Positions 39,795-48,542 of a stretch of 64,000 nt of DNA are shown piece by piece; the stretch's first letter is position 1, and the number at the start of each line of letters is the position of its first letter. The position numbers and the translations under genes are program-made. Under the pieces are notes generated by a model that had not been told where the DNA came from, ran no database searches, and was given only the letters and a program-made list of their open reading frames with translations. Origin of the DNA: an uncultured delta proteobacterium (GTDB taxonomy: Bacteria; Desulfobacterota; Binatia; Binatales; Binataceae); contig CAVQEQ010000003.1 of assembly GCA_963711565.1 (NCBI GenBank), positions 1,510,769 through 1,574,768 of the forward strand, given 5' to 3'.

Positions 39795-39810
39795 CGTATC
39801 GTCATTCCGG

Positions 39811-39840
39811 TTGACCGCATCGCTCGACTCGGCCTTTAAT
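39811..39840 (+). promoter_or_regulatory. Sigma70-type promoter TTGACC-N18-TTTAAT, 6 nt before the ATG
   Basis: Direct reading; no SD sequence between the -10 box and ATG 39847. Confidence 0.5.
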
Positions 39841-39846
39841 GCGCCC

Positions 39847-41256
39847 ATGGCTGGAATTGTTTCCTACGGTTCGTACGTTCCCTATCGACGACTCAAGCGC
39901 TCCGCGATCGCGGCCGTGCTCGGCACTCCCGCCGGCAAGGGCGAGCGCGCAATCGCGAGCTTCGACGAGGACAGCGTCTCAATGGCCGTCGAGGCGGCGC
40001 GCGACGCGCTGAAAGCCGCGCCGCCCGGCGACGTGCAGGCCCTAATCTTCGCGACCACGACGCCGCCCTATGCGGAAAAACTCAGTGCTGCGGTGATCGG
40101 CGCAGCCGCTCAGCTCCCGGCCGAAATTCGCGCGTCGGATATGACCGGCTCAGTGCGCGCGGGAATGTCGGCGTTGCTGCAAGGCGCGGACGCGGTCAGC
40201 GGCGGCGCGAAGCGCGCGCTCGTCGCGATCGGCGATTGCCGACTCGCCGCGCCCGAGGGTAAGGCCGAGCAGACGACCGGCGACGGCGCGGTCGCGTTCG
40301 TGCTCGGTGCTGACAATGTGATCGCCGAAATCGAGGCGACCGCCTCGCTCACGCGCGAGCTCCTCGACACCTGGCGCGCTCAAGGCGAGCGTTTCGCGCA
40401 TTCGTGGGAAGAGCGTTTCACTCTCACGCAAGCGCATTCTCCGCTGCTCGGCACCGTTATCAAGAACGTGCTCGAAAAGGCCAAAGTCGCGCCGACTGAT
40501 CTGTCCAAGATAATCCTCGACGCGCCCAACGCCCGCGCAGCCGACGAGATCGCGCGCGCGCTCAAGATCGATCCAACAAAATTTTCCGATTCATTTGCGC
40601 TCACGGTCGGGCAGACCGGCGCCGCGCACGCAGGCCTGATGCTCTCCGCCGCGCTGCCGTCAGCGAAGCCCGGTGATCGAATCCTGGTCGCGACGGTCGC
40701 CGACGGCGCCGACGCGATCCTGTTCCGCGTCACGCCCGCCAACGCCGCCTTCAAGCCGATGCATTCCGTCGGCCGCATGATCGAGTCCAAGGGCGACGTG
40801 TCGTACGCCAACTATCTCAAGTGGCGCGAGATTCTGCCGACCGAGCCGCCGCGCCGTCCCGACCCCGACCGGCCGGCGGGACCGCCGATGATGCGCTCCG
40901 AAAAGTGGAAATTCGGCTTCATCGGTTCGCGATGCACCAATTGCGGGACGCCGCAGCTTCCGCCGCAACTCGTGTGCGTGAAATGCCACAAGCGCGGCTT
41001 CATGGAGCCGTACCAGTTCGCCGACCGCACCGCGAAAATCGCCACCTACGCAATCGATCGCCTCGCCTATTCTCTCAATCCGCCGACTGTTAACGTCGTG
41101 ATAGACTTCGTTGGCGGCGGCCGCTTCCTGTGCGAGATGACCGACTGCGAGCCCGACAAGGTCGCGATTGGCGACGAGGTCGAAATGACGTTTCGCCGGC
41201 TGTTTACCGCCGACGGCGTCAACAACTATTTCTGGAAAGCACGCCCGAGGCGTTAA
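39847..41256 (+). CDS. HMG-CoA-synthase-like domain fused to DUF35 (Zn-ribbon/OB-fold)
   Basis: YGSYVPYRRL, DEDSVSMAVEAA, GDGAVAF; C-terminal CTNCG..CVKC, GDEVEMTFRR, YFWKARP. Confidence 0.9.
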   Translation: MAGIVSYGSYVPYRRLKRSAIAAVLGTPAGKGERAIASFDEDSVSMAVEAARDALKAAPPGDVQALIFATTTPPYAEKLSAAVIGAAAQLPAEIRASDMTGSVRAGMSALLQGADAVSGGAKRALVAIGDCRLAAPEGKAEQTTGDGAVAFVLGADNVIAEIEATASLTRELLDTWRAQGERFAHSWEERFTLTQAHSPLLGTVIKNVLEKAKVAPTDLSKIILDAPNARAADEIARALKIDPTKFSDSFALTVGQTGAAHAGLMLSAALPSAKPGDRILVATVADGADAILFRVTPANAAFKPMHSVGRMIESKGDVSYANYLKWREILPTEPPRRPDPDRPAGPPMMRSEKWKFGFIGSRCTNCGTPQLPPQLVCVKCHKRGFMEPYQFADRTAKIATYAIDRLAYSLNPPTVNVVIDFVGGGRFLCEMTDCEPDKVAIGDEVEMTFRRLFTADGVNNYFWKARPRR

Positions 41257-41295
41257 GTGGAGCGGGCCGCCGTGCCCGCCTCTGAGGAGAAAATT

Positions 41296-42480
41296 ATGGC
41301 TAGCAGAGGAATCAAGGACCGCGTCGCGATCATCGGGATGGGCTGTACCAAGTTCGGCGAGCATTGGGACAAGGGTCCCGACGATTTGCTCGTCGATGCG
41401 GCCTACCAGGCTTACGAATCCGCCGGCGTCGAGCCCAACGACGTCGACGCGTACTGGCTCGGTACGATGGGCTCCGGCATCTCGGGTTTGACGCTCAGCG
41501 AGCCGCTCAAGATTCAGTACAAACCGGTGACGCGCGTCGAGAACATGTGCGCGACGGGTTCCGAGGCTCTGCGCCAGGCATGCTATGCGGTCGCGTCGGG
41601 CGCGTTCGACATGGCGATGGCGATCGGCGTCGAGAAGCTCAAGGACTCGGGCTACTCGGGCCTGGTCGGCAATGCGCCGCCCAACGACGGCACCGAGGGC
41701 AGCATGACGGCGCCCGCGTCGTTCTCGCTGCTCGCGCCCGCGTACTTCAAAAAGTACGGACTCGACCCCGACAAGGGCAAGGACGTGCTCACGCGCATCG
41801 CGTGGAAGAATCACAAAAACGGCGCGAAGAATCCCAAGGCGCAGTTCCAGAAGGAAGTGTCGCTCGAGACGATCAAGAACTCGCCCAAGATTGCCGACCC
41901 GCTCGGCATCATGGATTGCTCGGGCGTGTCGGACGGCTCGGCGGCCGCGATCGTCGTCCGCGCCGAGGACGCCCACAAGTACTGCAAGAATCCCATCTAC
42001 ATCAAGGCGCTGTCGTTCATCGCGGGACCTGCTGAAGGGCCGCTGTCGCAGGATTACGATTTCACGACCTTCCGCGAAGTCGTCGCCACCGCCAAAGACG
42101 CGTACGCGCAGGCGGGCATCACCAATCCTCGCGAGCAGATCAGCATGGCCGAGGTGCACGATTGCTTCACGCCGACCGAGCTCGTGCTCTACGAAGATCT
42201 CGGCTTCAGTCCGCGCGGCACCGCATGGCAGGACGTGATGGACGGCTTCTTCGACCTCGAAGGCAAGCTGCCGGTGAATCCGGATGGCGGCCTCAAGTCG
42301 TTTGGGCATCCGATTGGCGCGTCGGGCCTGCGCATGATGTATGAGATGTGGCTGCAGATGCGCGGCGAAGCCGGCGCGCGCCAGATCAAGAATCCGAAAG
42401 TAGGCCTGACGCACAACCTCGGCGGCGCGCCCGGCCGATGCGTCAGCTTCGTCTCGGTAGTAGGCAGCCAGGTCGGCTAA
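41296..42480 (+). CDS. Thiolase, SCP-x/archaeal type (acetyl-CoA acetyltransferase)
   Basis: VENMCATG, AEVHDCF, VNPDGGL, GHPIGASG. Confidence 0.92.
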   Translation: MASRGIKDRVAIIGMGCTKFGEHWDKGPDDLLVDAAYQAYESAGVEPNDVDAYWLGTMGSGISGLTLSEPLKIQYKPVTRVENMCATGSEALRQACYAVASGAFDMAMAIGVEKLKDSGYSGLVGNAPPNDGTEGSMTAPASFSLLAPAYFKKYGLDPDKGKDVLTRIAWKNHKNGAKNPKAQFQKEVSLETIKNSPKIADPLGIMDCSGVSDGSAAAIVVRAEDAHKYCKNPIYIKALSFIAGPAEGPLSQDYDFTTFREVVATAKDAYAQAGITNPREQISMAEVHDCFTPTELVLYEDLGFSPRGTAWQDVMDGFFDLEGKLPVNPDGGLKSFGHPIGASGLRMMYEMWLQMRGEAGARQIKNPKVGLTHNLGGAPGRCVSFVSVVGSQVG

Positions 42481-42488
42481 CTCCGTTT

Positions 42489-42514
42489 GTCATTCAGAGC
42501 GAAGCGAAGAATCC
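42489..42514. repeat. REP-like element GTCATTCAGAGCGAAGCGAAGAATCC
   Basis: Matches a widespread intergenic repeat pattern recalled from other bacteria; directly after a stop codon; single copy here. Confidence 0.45.
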
Positions 42515-42586
42515 CGGTTCTTTTGCCAGACTGATCACAACGGCCGGCATCATCGAATGCCGGCCGTTTTCATTCGGACGACCGCG

Positions 42587-42868
42587 ATGCAGGACTTAAC
42601 GCGACTACTCAAACGAATCGGTATCGCCGCGGTGGCGTTGCTGATCATCTGGTACATCGGCGACTACCTTTCCCTGAGGATGAGGCGCGCGCCTACCAGC
42701 GTCGTACAAATCACCAGTTTCTACGCAATCCCGCAGAAGGACGGTAAGACATCCTTCGAACCCGGCGAGGCCGCAACCGAGACCTGCGTCAATTCGATGT
42801 TCCCGCACATGGGCTACCGCCCGTGCTGGTACGTAAAGCGCCACAGGAATCAGCAGATAAATCTTTGA
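42587..42868 (+). CDS. Small membrane-anchored hypothetical protein
   Basis: TM segment followed by CVNSMFPHMGYRPCWY. Confidence 0.65.
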   Translation: MQDLTRLLKRIGIAAVALLIIWYIGDYLSLRMRRAPTSVVQITSFYAIPQKDGKTSFEPGEAATETCVNSMFPHMGYRPCWYVKRHRNQQINL

Positions 42869-42951
42869 GGCCGCGACGCATTAACCAATCGGAGGGCTCT
42901 GTGGCAGTATGTTCACTGAGAGTCAGCGGCTAACAAGCCGTTCAAGCTCAG

Positions 42952-43731
42952 ATGAGTTACAAATTCTGCGCTGCCTTCCTTTCTTCCGTTCTATTGATCG
43001 CCTGCCCACTTCTCGATGCGGCTTACTGCCGGGCGACGGCTTCAGGGTCGAACGGCGCAGATAACAGCGTCGCTGAATATCTTGATGGTGCGAAAGAAAA
43101 CACGCATGGCGAGGATCATCGCCAGGTACTCAAGCAAGCGCTGAACGATATGCTCGATTTGCCAGTCAAGAAACTTCGCGACAAATACTATCCGGACTAC
43201 GAGATGCGCCGGGACTCTTGGTCGATCACTGTAATCCTGGAGCGTTACATCGTGCCCAAGCGCCAGGATCTGACGATCAGCGACAACAAGTTTTTCGATG
43301 ATATGAAAAAGCCCGAAGCGCAACGAGTGATCGATGAATGGTTGGTGAAACTGAGTCGCGAGGACCTAACAGGATCCGGTTCAACGGGTCCTCGCAACAC
43401 CGTGGAAGACTACCTCAATGGCGCCGAGGAACAGGTCGAAACCAACGATCAGGAGGCCGTAATCAAGCAGGCCTTCGCCGATATGCTATACGAACCTGTC
43501 GAGAGTCTTCGGAAGAAACGTTATCCGGACTACCAGTTGCACCCTCACAAATGGCCAATAACAGAAGTCTTAACCAGCTATTTCCTTCCCGATTCTTTCG
43601 CCGGGTTCGACGACGACGAGTTTTTCCGCGACTTGAAGAAGCCCGAAGCTCAAAAAGTGATTCAAAGGTGGTTCGACCACATGAATAACCCTGACGGCAA
43701 GAACGGTCCGGCCCGAGAAGAACGGCCGTGA
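42952..43731 (+). CDS. Exported protein made of two tandem ~95-aa homologous helical domains
   Basis: Signal peptide; N.V..YL.GA.E / V.KQA..DML / YPDY / FF.D.KKPEAQ.VI..W occurs twice. Confidence 0.75.
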   Translation: MSYKFCAAFLSSVLLIACPLLDAAYCRATASGSNGADNSVAEYLDGAKENTHGEDHRQVLKQALNDMLDLPVKKLRDKYYPDYEMRRDSWSITVILERYIVPKRQDLTISDNKFFDDMKKPEAQRVIDEWLVKLSREDLTGSGSTGPRNTVEDYLNGAEEQVETNDQEAVIKQAFADMLYEPVESLRKKRYPDYQLHPHKWPITEVLTSYFLPDSFAGFDDDEFFRDLKKPEAQKVIQRWFDHMNNPDGKNGPAREERP

Positions 43732-43755
43732 CCAAACGCCCGCCGTGAGGTTCCT

Positions 43756-44257
43756 ATGCCACGATGTCATCTCCATCCAGGCCGAGAAGCAGTCTGGGAA
43801 TACAATCGAGTTGAGTACTGCGCCAAATGTGAATCCCAAATTCTCGCCGCGATTAAGGCCTTGCGTATCGATGTCGAACCGAAGGAGTGTTTCATCAGAT
43901 ATCCAAGGCATGACTATTGGGAGCCGATTCCAGGAACCGGTTGCGCCCATTGGATGGCGCACGAGAAACAAATTCAATCGGGCCGAAGCGACGAGAAATG
44001 CCTGTTCGGTTACACCTTTCGTGTTCACGTGCTCGCAGACACATGTAGTGAGGTGCCGTCGGAGAATGTCCGAAGCGGCGACATTTGGATTAGCGATGAG
44101 GAAGATCATGCAGGTCTGGTCATTCGAGTCATGCCAAACCTTTACCCTGATGAAATTCCTGAAATCACCATCTGCCACGATTCAAGCAGACAGAACGGCG
44201 TAGCCATCAATGATTTTTAAGACCTACTTTCACGGACGAGGTTGGTTCTGCCGCTGA
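43756..44257 (+). CDS. Putative NlpC/P60-superfamily Cys amidase/peptidase with N-terminal Zn-finger; probable extra T near 44214-44218
   Basis: GCAHWMAH, SGDIW, DHAGLV, ICHDSS. As written it stops at 44220; removing one T extends it with KTYFHGRGWFCR to TGA 44257. Confidence 0.55.
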
Positions 44258-44323
44258 CGCATTTTGTGGCTAATCCCCTTAACCGAGGCGAGCTAAGTCG
44301 AGGCCACGCGCGGCGCTCTGATC

Positions 44324-44628
44324 TCACGCTGCCCGGTCGCGAGGACGAACCTCTCGCTCGATCCTCTCCGCCAGCTTGTCCTTGGTGCTCTCCAAATCGT
44401 AACGCCCCTGAATATTGATCCAGAACTGCGGCGACGTTCCGAAGTATCGACCCAGCCGCAACGCCGTGTCGGCAGTGATCCCGCGCTGACCTGCGACGAT
44501 CGCGTTTATCCGATTGCCCGGCACCCGCAGCGCCAGCGCCAGCTGATTCATGCTGAGCCCAAGCGGCTTCAGGAATTCCTCGCTCAGAATCTCGCCGGGA
44601 TGAATCCTCAATCTCTTTTTTCTCGCAT
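44324..44628 (-). CDS. higA: HigA-family antitoxin (orphan); ATG 44628 is one base out of frame across an A6 run
   Basis: IHPGEIL.EEFL.PLGLS, RGITADTALRLGRYFGTSPQFW; in-frame TTG at 44611. Confidence 0.88.
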
Positions 44629-44721
44629 GATGCCTTCTATCCTGGCCTCTCTCTATCAGGAAATCTTTGCATAACCCGGCCCGCAGTTCTTCCCCTCGCC
44701 CAGCCGGCGAGAGCCGCGGCC

Positions 44722-44806
44722 CCTGAGAGCAAAGTAGCGCGCTGCGCGCAACTTTGCGCTTTCACACTGGGTGTAGGGGTCACCCCTGCCGCCCGCCGCG
44801 AAGGCG
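44722..44806 (+). repeat. Dispersed palindromic repeat, copy C (GCAAAGT/ACTTTGC module plus core)
   Basis: Near-identical to 51664-51754. Confidence 0.9.
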
Positions 44807-44919
44807 ATTATTCTGTGAACGCCCTCCGAGGTTATCGAGGGCGAAACTTTGGCGGGGGAGTTACGTCTATTATTCCACTGGAAACCGCCGATTGACCCGA
44901 TCATAATTGAGCATCGCTG

Positions 44920-46149
44920 ATGAAATTGCCGAGCAGGAAAAATAGCGCGTGGATCCTCACGATCGCAGCGCTGATCGTGATTGGCTGGTGGTACTTTTTC
45001 GCCCCCAGCTCATCTGGAATGAGAATTGTCACCGCCCGCGTCACCGAAGGGCCGATCGTGCGGTCGGTTACTGCTACCGGCACCGTCAATCCGGTCATCA
45101 CGGTGCAGCTCGGCACTTACGTGTCGGGTCCGATCACCGCGATCTATAAGGACTACAACGCGCCGGTAAAGAAGGGCCAGTTGATCGCGAAAATCGACCC
45201 GCGGCCCTACCAGGTGACGGTCGATATCGCGCATGCGACGCTGGCGAACGCGATAGCGCAACTCGGCAAAGACGAGGCCGACCTCGCCTACAAGAAAGTC
45301 ACCTGGCAGCGCGACTCGGCCTTATATAAGGACGACTCGGTCTCGAAGGATACGCTGGATTCGGCGTACAGCGCGTGGCAGGAGGATGTCGCGCAGGTCA
45401 ATCTCGACAAGGCCAACGTGCAGCAGCAGAAGGCCAACGTCAAAGCTGCCGAGTTGAATCTGAATTACACCAACATTGTTTCGCCGGTCGATGGCACCGT
45501 GGTCTCGCGCAACGTCAACGTGGGCCAGACGGTGGCAGCGAGCTTTCAGACGCCGACGCTGTTTCTGATCGCGCAGGACCTGACCAAGATGCAGGTGGAC
45601 TCGAATGCCAGCGAGTCCGATATCGGCTACGTCAAGGAAGGGCAGAAGGCGACCTTTCGGGTGGACGCGTTTCCCGACCGCGATTTCGAAGGGATCGTCA
45701 GCCAGGTTCGGCAGGCGCCGATCACGGTCCAGAACGTGGTGACCTACGACGTGGTGGTGAGCGTGGAAAATCCCGAGCTGCTGCTGAAGCCCGGGATGAC
45801 GGCCAACGTGAATATCGTGACGGCGTCGAAGCCCAAGGTGGTGCGGGTTCCGATCGACGCCTTGCGCTTCTCGCCGCCGGGACAGCCACCGGCTGATTCC
45901 GCGGCGCTGGATGGAGCGCCGGGCGCGCAGACCCGGGTCTGGGTGCTCGACAACCGCAAGGTCACACCGGTCTCGATTACTACCGGGCTCAGCGACGGCA
46001 CTTGGGTCGAAGTCGCCGACGGCGACCTTGAGGCGGGAGATCGTGTGGTGACGGACGAGGTTCGCACCGCGGGATCGCATTCGTCGGGCAGCGGATCGCA
46101 CGCCGGCGGCGGGATGGGTGGCGGCGGGATGCCGCATCTGCCGCATTAG
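44920..46149 (+). CDS. macA: MacA-like periplasmic adaptor
   Basis: ATGTVNPV..V.LG..VSG, GQTVAASFQTPTLF, LKPGMTA. Confidence 0.88.
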   Translation: MKLPSRKNSAWILTIAALIVIGWWYFFAPSSSGMRIVTARVTEGPIVRSVTATGTVNPVITVQLGTYVSGPITAIYKDYNAPVKKGQLIAKIDPRPYQVTVDIAHATLANAIAQLGKDEADLAYKKVTWQRDSALYKDDSVSKDTLDSAYSAWQEDVAQVNLDKANVQQQKANVKAAELNLNYTNIVSPVDGTVVSRNVNVGQTVAASFQTPTLFLIAQDLTKMQVDSNASESDIGYVKEGQKATFRVDAFPDRDFEGIVSQVRQAPITVQNVVTYDVVVSVENPELLLKPGMTANVNIVTASKPKVVRVPIDALRFSPPGQPPADSAALDGAPGAQTRVWVLDNRKVTPVSITTGLSDGTWVEVADGDLEAGDRVVTDEVRTAGSHSSGSGSHAGGGMGGGGMPHLPH

Positions 46150-46166
46150 CCGCGGATCGTTTTCGA

Positions 46167-48311
46167 ATGAACACCGTTATTCAAATCATCGGCATGACCA
46201 AGACCTACGTGCTTGGCGATATCGAGGTTCATGCGCTGCGCGGAGTTGACCTGACGATCGAGCGCGGCGAATTCGTCGCGGTGATGGGTGCGTCGGGCTC
46301 GGGCAAATCGACGCTGATGAACATGCTGGGATGCCTGGACCGGCCGACCAGCGGCCGTTACATCCTGGAGGGGGAGGACGTCGCGCAGTTGAACGAGTCG
46401 GAGCTGGCGACGATCCGCAGCCGCCGCATCGGATTCGTTTTTCAGAACTTCAACCTGCTGTCGCGGACCTCGACGCTCGAGAACGTCGAGCTGCCGCTGT
46501 TCTACTCGGCGTGGACCGCCGACGGAGAGCATCGCGCGGCCGACCTGGTGAAACTGGTGGGGCTGGCCGGGCGCGAGCAGAACCATCCGAATCAACTCTC
46601 GGGCGGCCAGCAGCAGCGCGTGGCGATCGCGCGCGCGCTGGTGAATCGTCCTTCGATACTGCTGGCCGACGAGCCGACCGGAAATCTCGACTCGACCAAC
46701 TCGGCCGAGATAATGGACGTGCTCACCAACCTCAATCGCGAACAAGGCATCACGGTAATCGTGGTGACGCACGATCCCGACGTGGCGGCGTACGCGGACC
46801 GGATCGTTACGTTTCGCGACGGCGTGATTATCTCGGACACGCGCAAGGAGGGAACCGCTGCGCACGTTGCGACACACGCGATGCGGCAACCGGAGCCGGG
46901 GTCGCAAGCGGTGTCGGTCCTCGACGAGACGTGGACCTTTGCCAGCATGGCGGTGGTGGCGGCGGGGCGCGCGATTCGGCGTAACAAGCTGCGCGCCGCG
47001 CTCACGATGCTGGGTATTTTCATCGGCGTGGCGGCGGTGATCGCGATGGTCGCGGTGGGCGACGGGGCGCGATCGTCGGTCGAGGCGCAAATCAACAGCC
47101 TCGGCACGAACCTGCTGGTCGTGCTGCCGGGCGCGACGACCGCCAACGGCGTGCGCGCGGGATTGGGCAGCAATTCAACGCTGACGGTCGGCGACGCGGA
47201 GGCGATCGCGCGTAGTGGCGGGCCGATCGCGCTGGTGACGTACATGGACCGGCAGGTGTCGCAGGTGGTTGCGGGCAATCGCAACTGGAGCACCAACATC
47301 CAGGGCACGACGTTGAATTATTTTGCGATCCGTGACTGGCAGCCGTTGATCGGACGGATCTTCACCGACTCTGAAGAAAAAGCGGGCGCGGCCGTGTGCC
47401 TGCTCGGACAGACGGTGGTGGATAATCTTTTCGGCGAGGGACAGAATCCGGTCGGCGCGACGGTTCGGGTCAAGAACTTCCCGATGAAAGTGATCGGCGT
47501 GCTCTCGATTAAGGGACAAACCAGCTACGGACAGGACCAGGACGACGTGGTAATCGTGCCGTTCAACACCGCCGAGCGCAAAGTCCTGGGCGTATCGGCG
47601 CCGCAATCGACGCCCGCGCCGGCGGCGGTCGCCACGGCGAGCACGGTAAACTGCGCCACCTGCGTTTACTCGTCGGTGCCGACGACCAATTCGGTTTACA
47701 GCTCGACCACCGAGGAGACCAACGCGTACGGCGCGGCGGCAAAAATCACCGGCGTCGTCAATTCGATGTACGTCAAGGCGACCGATTCGGGAGAGGTTGA
47801 CAACGCGATTGCGCAAATCACGCGCGAGCTCCACGAGCGGCATCATATCCAGCCCAAGCAGGACGACGACTTCACGGTGCGCAATCTCAGCGAGATAGCG
47901 GCGGCGTCGGAGAGCGCGACGCAGGTGATGACGATGCTGCTGTTGTCGGTCGCCTCGATTTCGCTGCTGGTCGGCGGCATCGGCATCATGAACATCATGC
48001 TGGTGTCGGTGACGGAGCGGACGCGCGAGATAGGAATCCGCATGGCGATCGGCGCGCGGCGGATTCATATCATGCTGCAGTTCCTGGTCGAGGCGATGCT
48101 GCTGTCGGCGATGGGCGGGTTGGCGGGAGTGATCCTGGGCATCCTGGTGTCGAAGCTGATATCGGCGCTGGCGGAATGGCCCACGCTGGTTTCGCCGACG
48201 GCGGTGGCGGGGGGATTTCTTTTTTCGGCGGCGGTGGGCGTTTTCTTCGGATATTATCCGGCGCGCAAGGCGAGCCTGCTGCATCCGATCGACGCGCTCC
48301 GCTACGAGTAG
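46167..48311 (+). CDS. macB: MacB-like ABC transporter (ATPase-permease fusion)
   Basis: GASGSGKST, LSGGQQQR, ADEPTGNLD, GGIGIMNIMLVSVTERTREIG, PIDALRYE. Confidence 0.93.
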   Translation: MNTVIQIIGMTKTYVLGDIEVHALRGVDLTIERGEFVAVMGASGSGKSTLMNMLGCLDRPTSGRYILEGEDVAQLNESELATIRSRRIGFVFQNFNLLSRTSTLENVELPLFYSAWTADGEHRAADLVKLVGLAGREQNHPNQLSGGQQQRVAIARALVNRPSILLADEPTGNLDSTNSAEIMDVLTNLNREQGITVIVVTHDPDVAAYADRIVTFRDGVIISDTRKEGTAAHVATHAMRQPEPGSQAVSVLDETWTFASMAVVAAGRAIRRNKLRAALTMLGIFIGVAAVIAMVAVGDGARSSVEAQINSLGTNLLVVLPGATTANGVRAGLGSNSTLTVGDAEAIARSGGPIALVTYMDRQVSQVVAGNRNWSTNIQGTTLNYFAIRDWQPLIGRIFTDSEEKAGAAVCLLGQTVVDNLFGEGQNPVGATVRVKNFPMKVIGVLSIKGQTSYGQDQDDVVIVPFNTAERKVLGVSAPQSTPAPAAVATASTVNCATCVYSSVPTTNSVYSSTTEETNAYGAAAKITGVVNSMYVKATDSGEVDNAIAQITRELHERHHIQPKQDDDFTVRNLSEIAAASESATQVMTMLLLSVASISLLVGGIGIMNIMLVSVTERTREIGIRMAIGARRIHIMLQFLVEAMLLSAMGGLAGVILGILVSKLISALAEWPTLVSPTAVAGGFLFSAAVGVFFGYYPARKASLLHPIDALRYE

Positions 48312-48542
48312 CCTGAGCGGGCACGCGCGGTCCTTATTTTCGATCTACATTCCTGTCGCAAAATCGGACCCTTAGCCCATTATTTCAAGTTGTGCTTTAC
48401 ATTACCGTTACTTATGTTTGCTGACTCGTTATGAAGTAGAAATAATCAATTGTGCTTGTCTCCCCGGAACATCTGTGATGCGCTGGTGGTTATCATTATG
48501 TTCAGGCCTGCCTTTTCGCAGTCGCCAGGAGGTTTCCCAAGA

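Noticed and set aside
42923-42950. GGCTAACAAGCCGTTCAAGC resembles the 5' half of an integron attC site
   Set aside because: No convincing complementary 3' half, no array of such sites and no integron integrase in the window; at most a remnant
47650-47670. CATC motif in MacB as a c-type heme site
   Set aside because: CxxCH requires His; the sequence is CATCV
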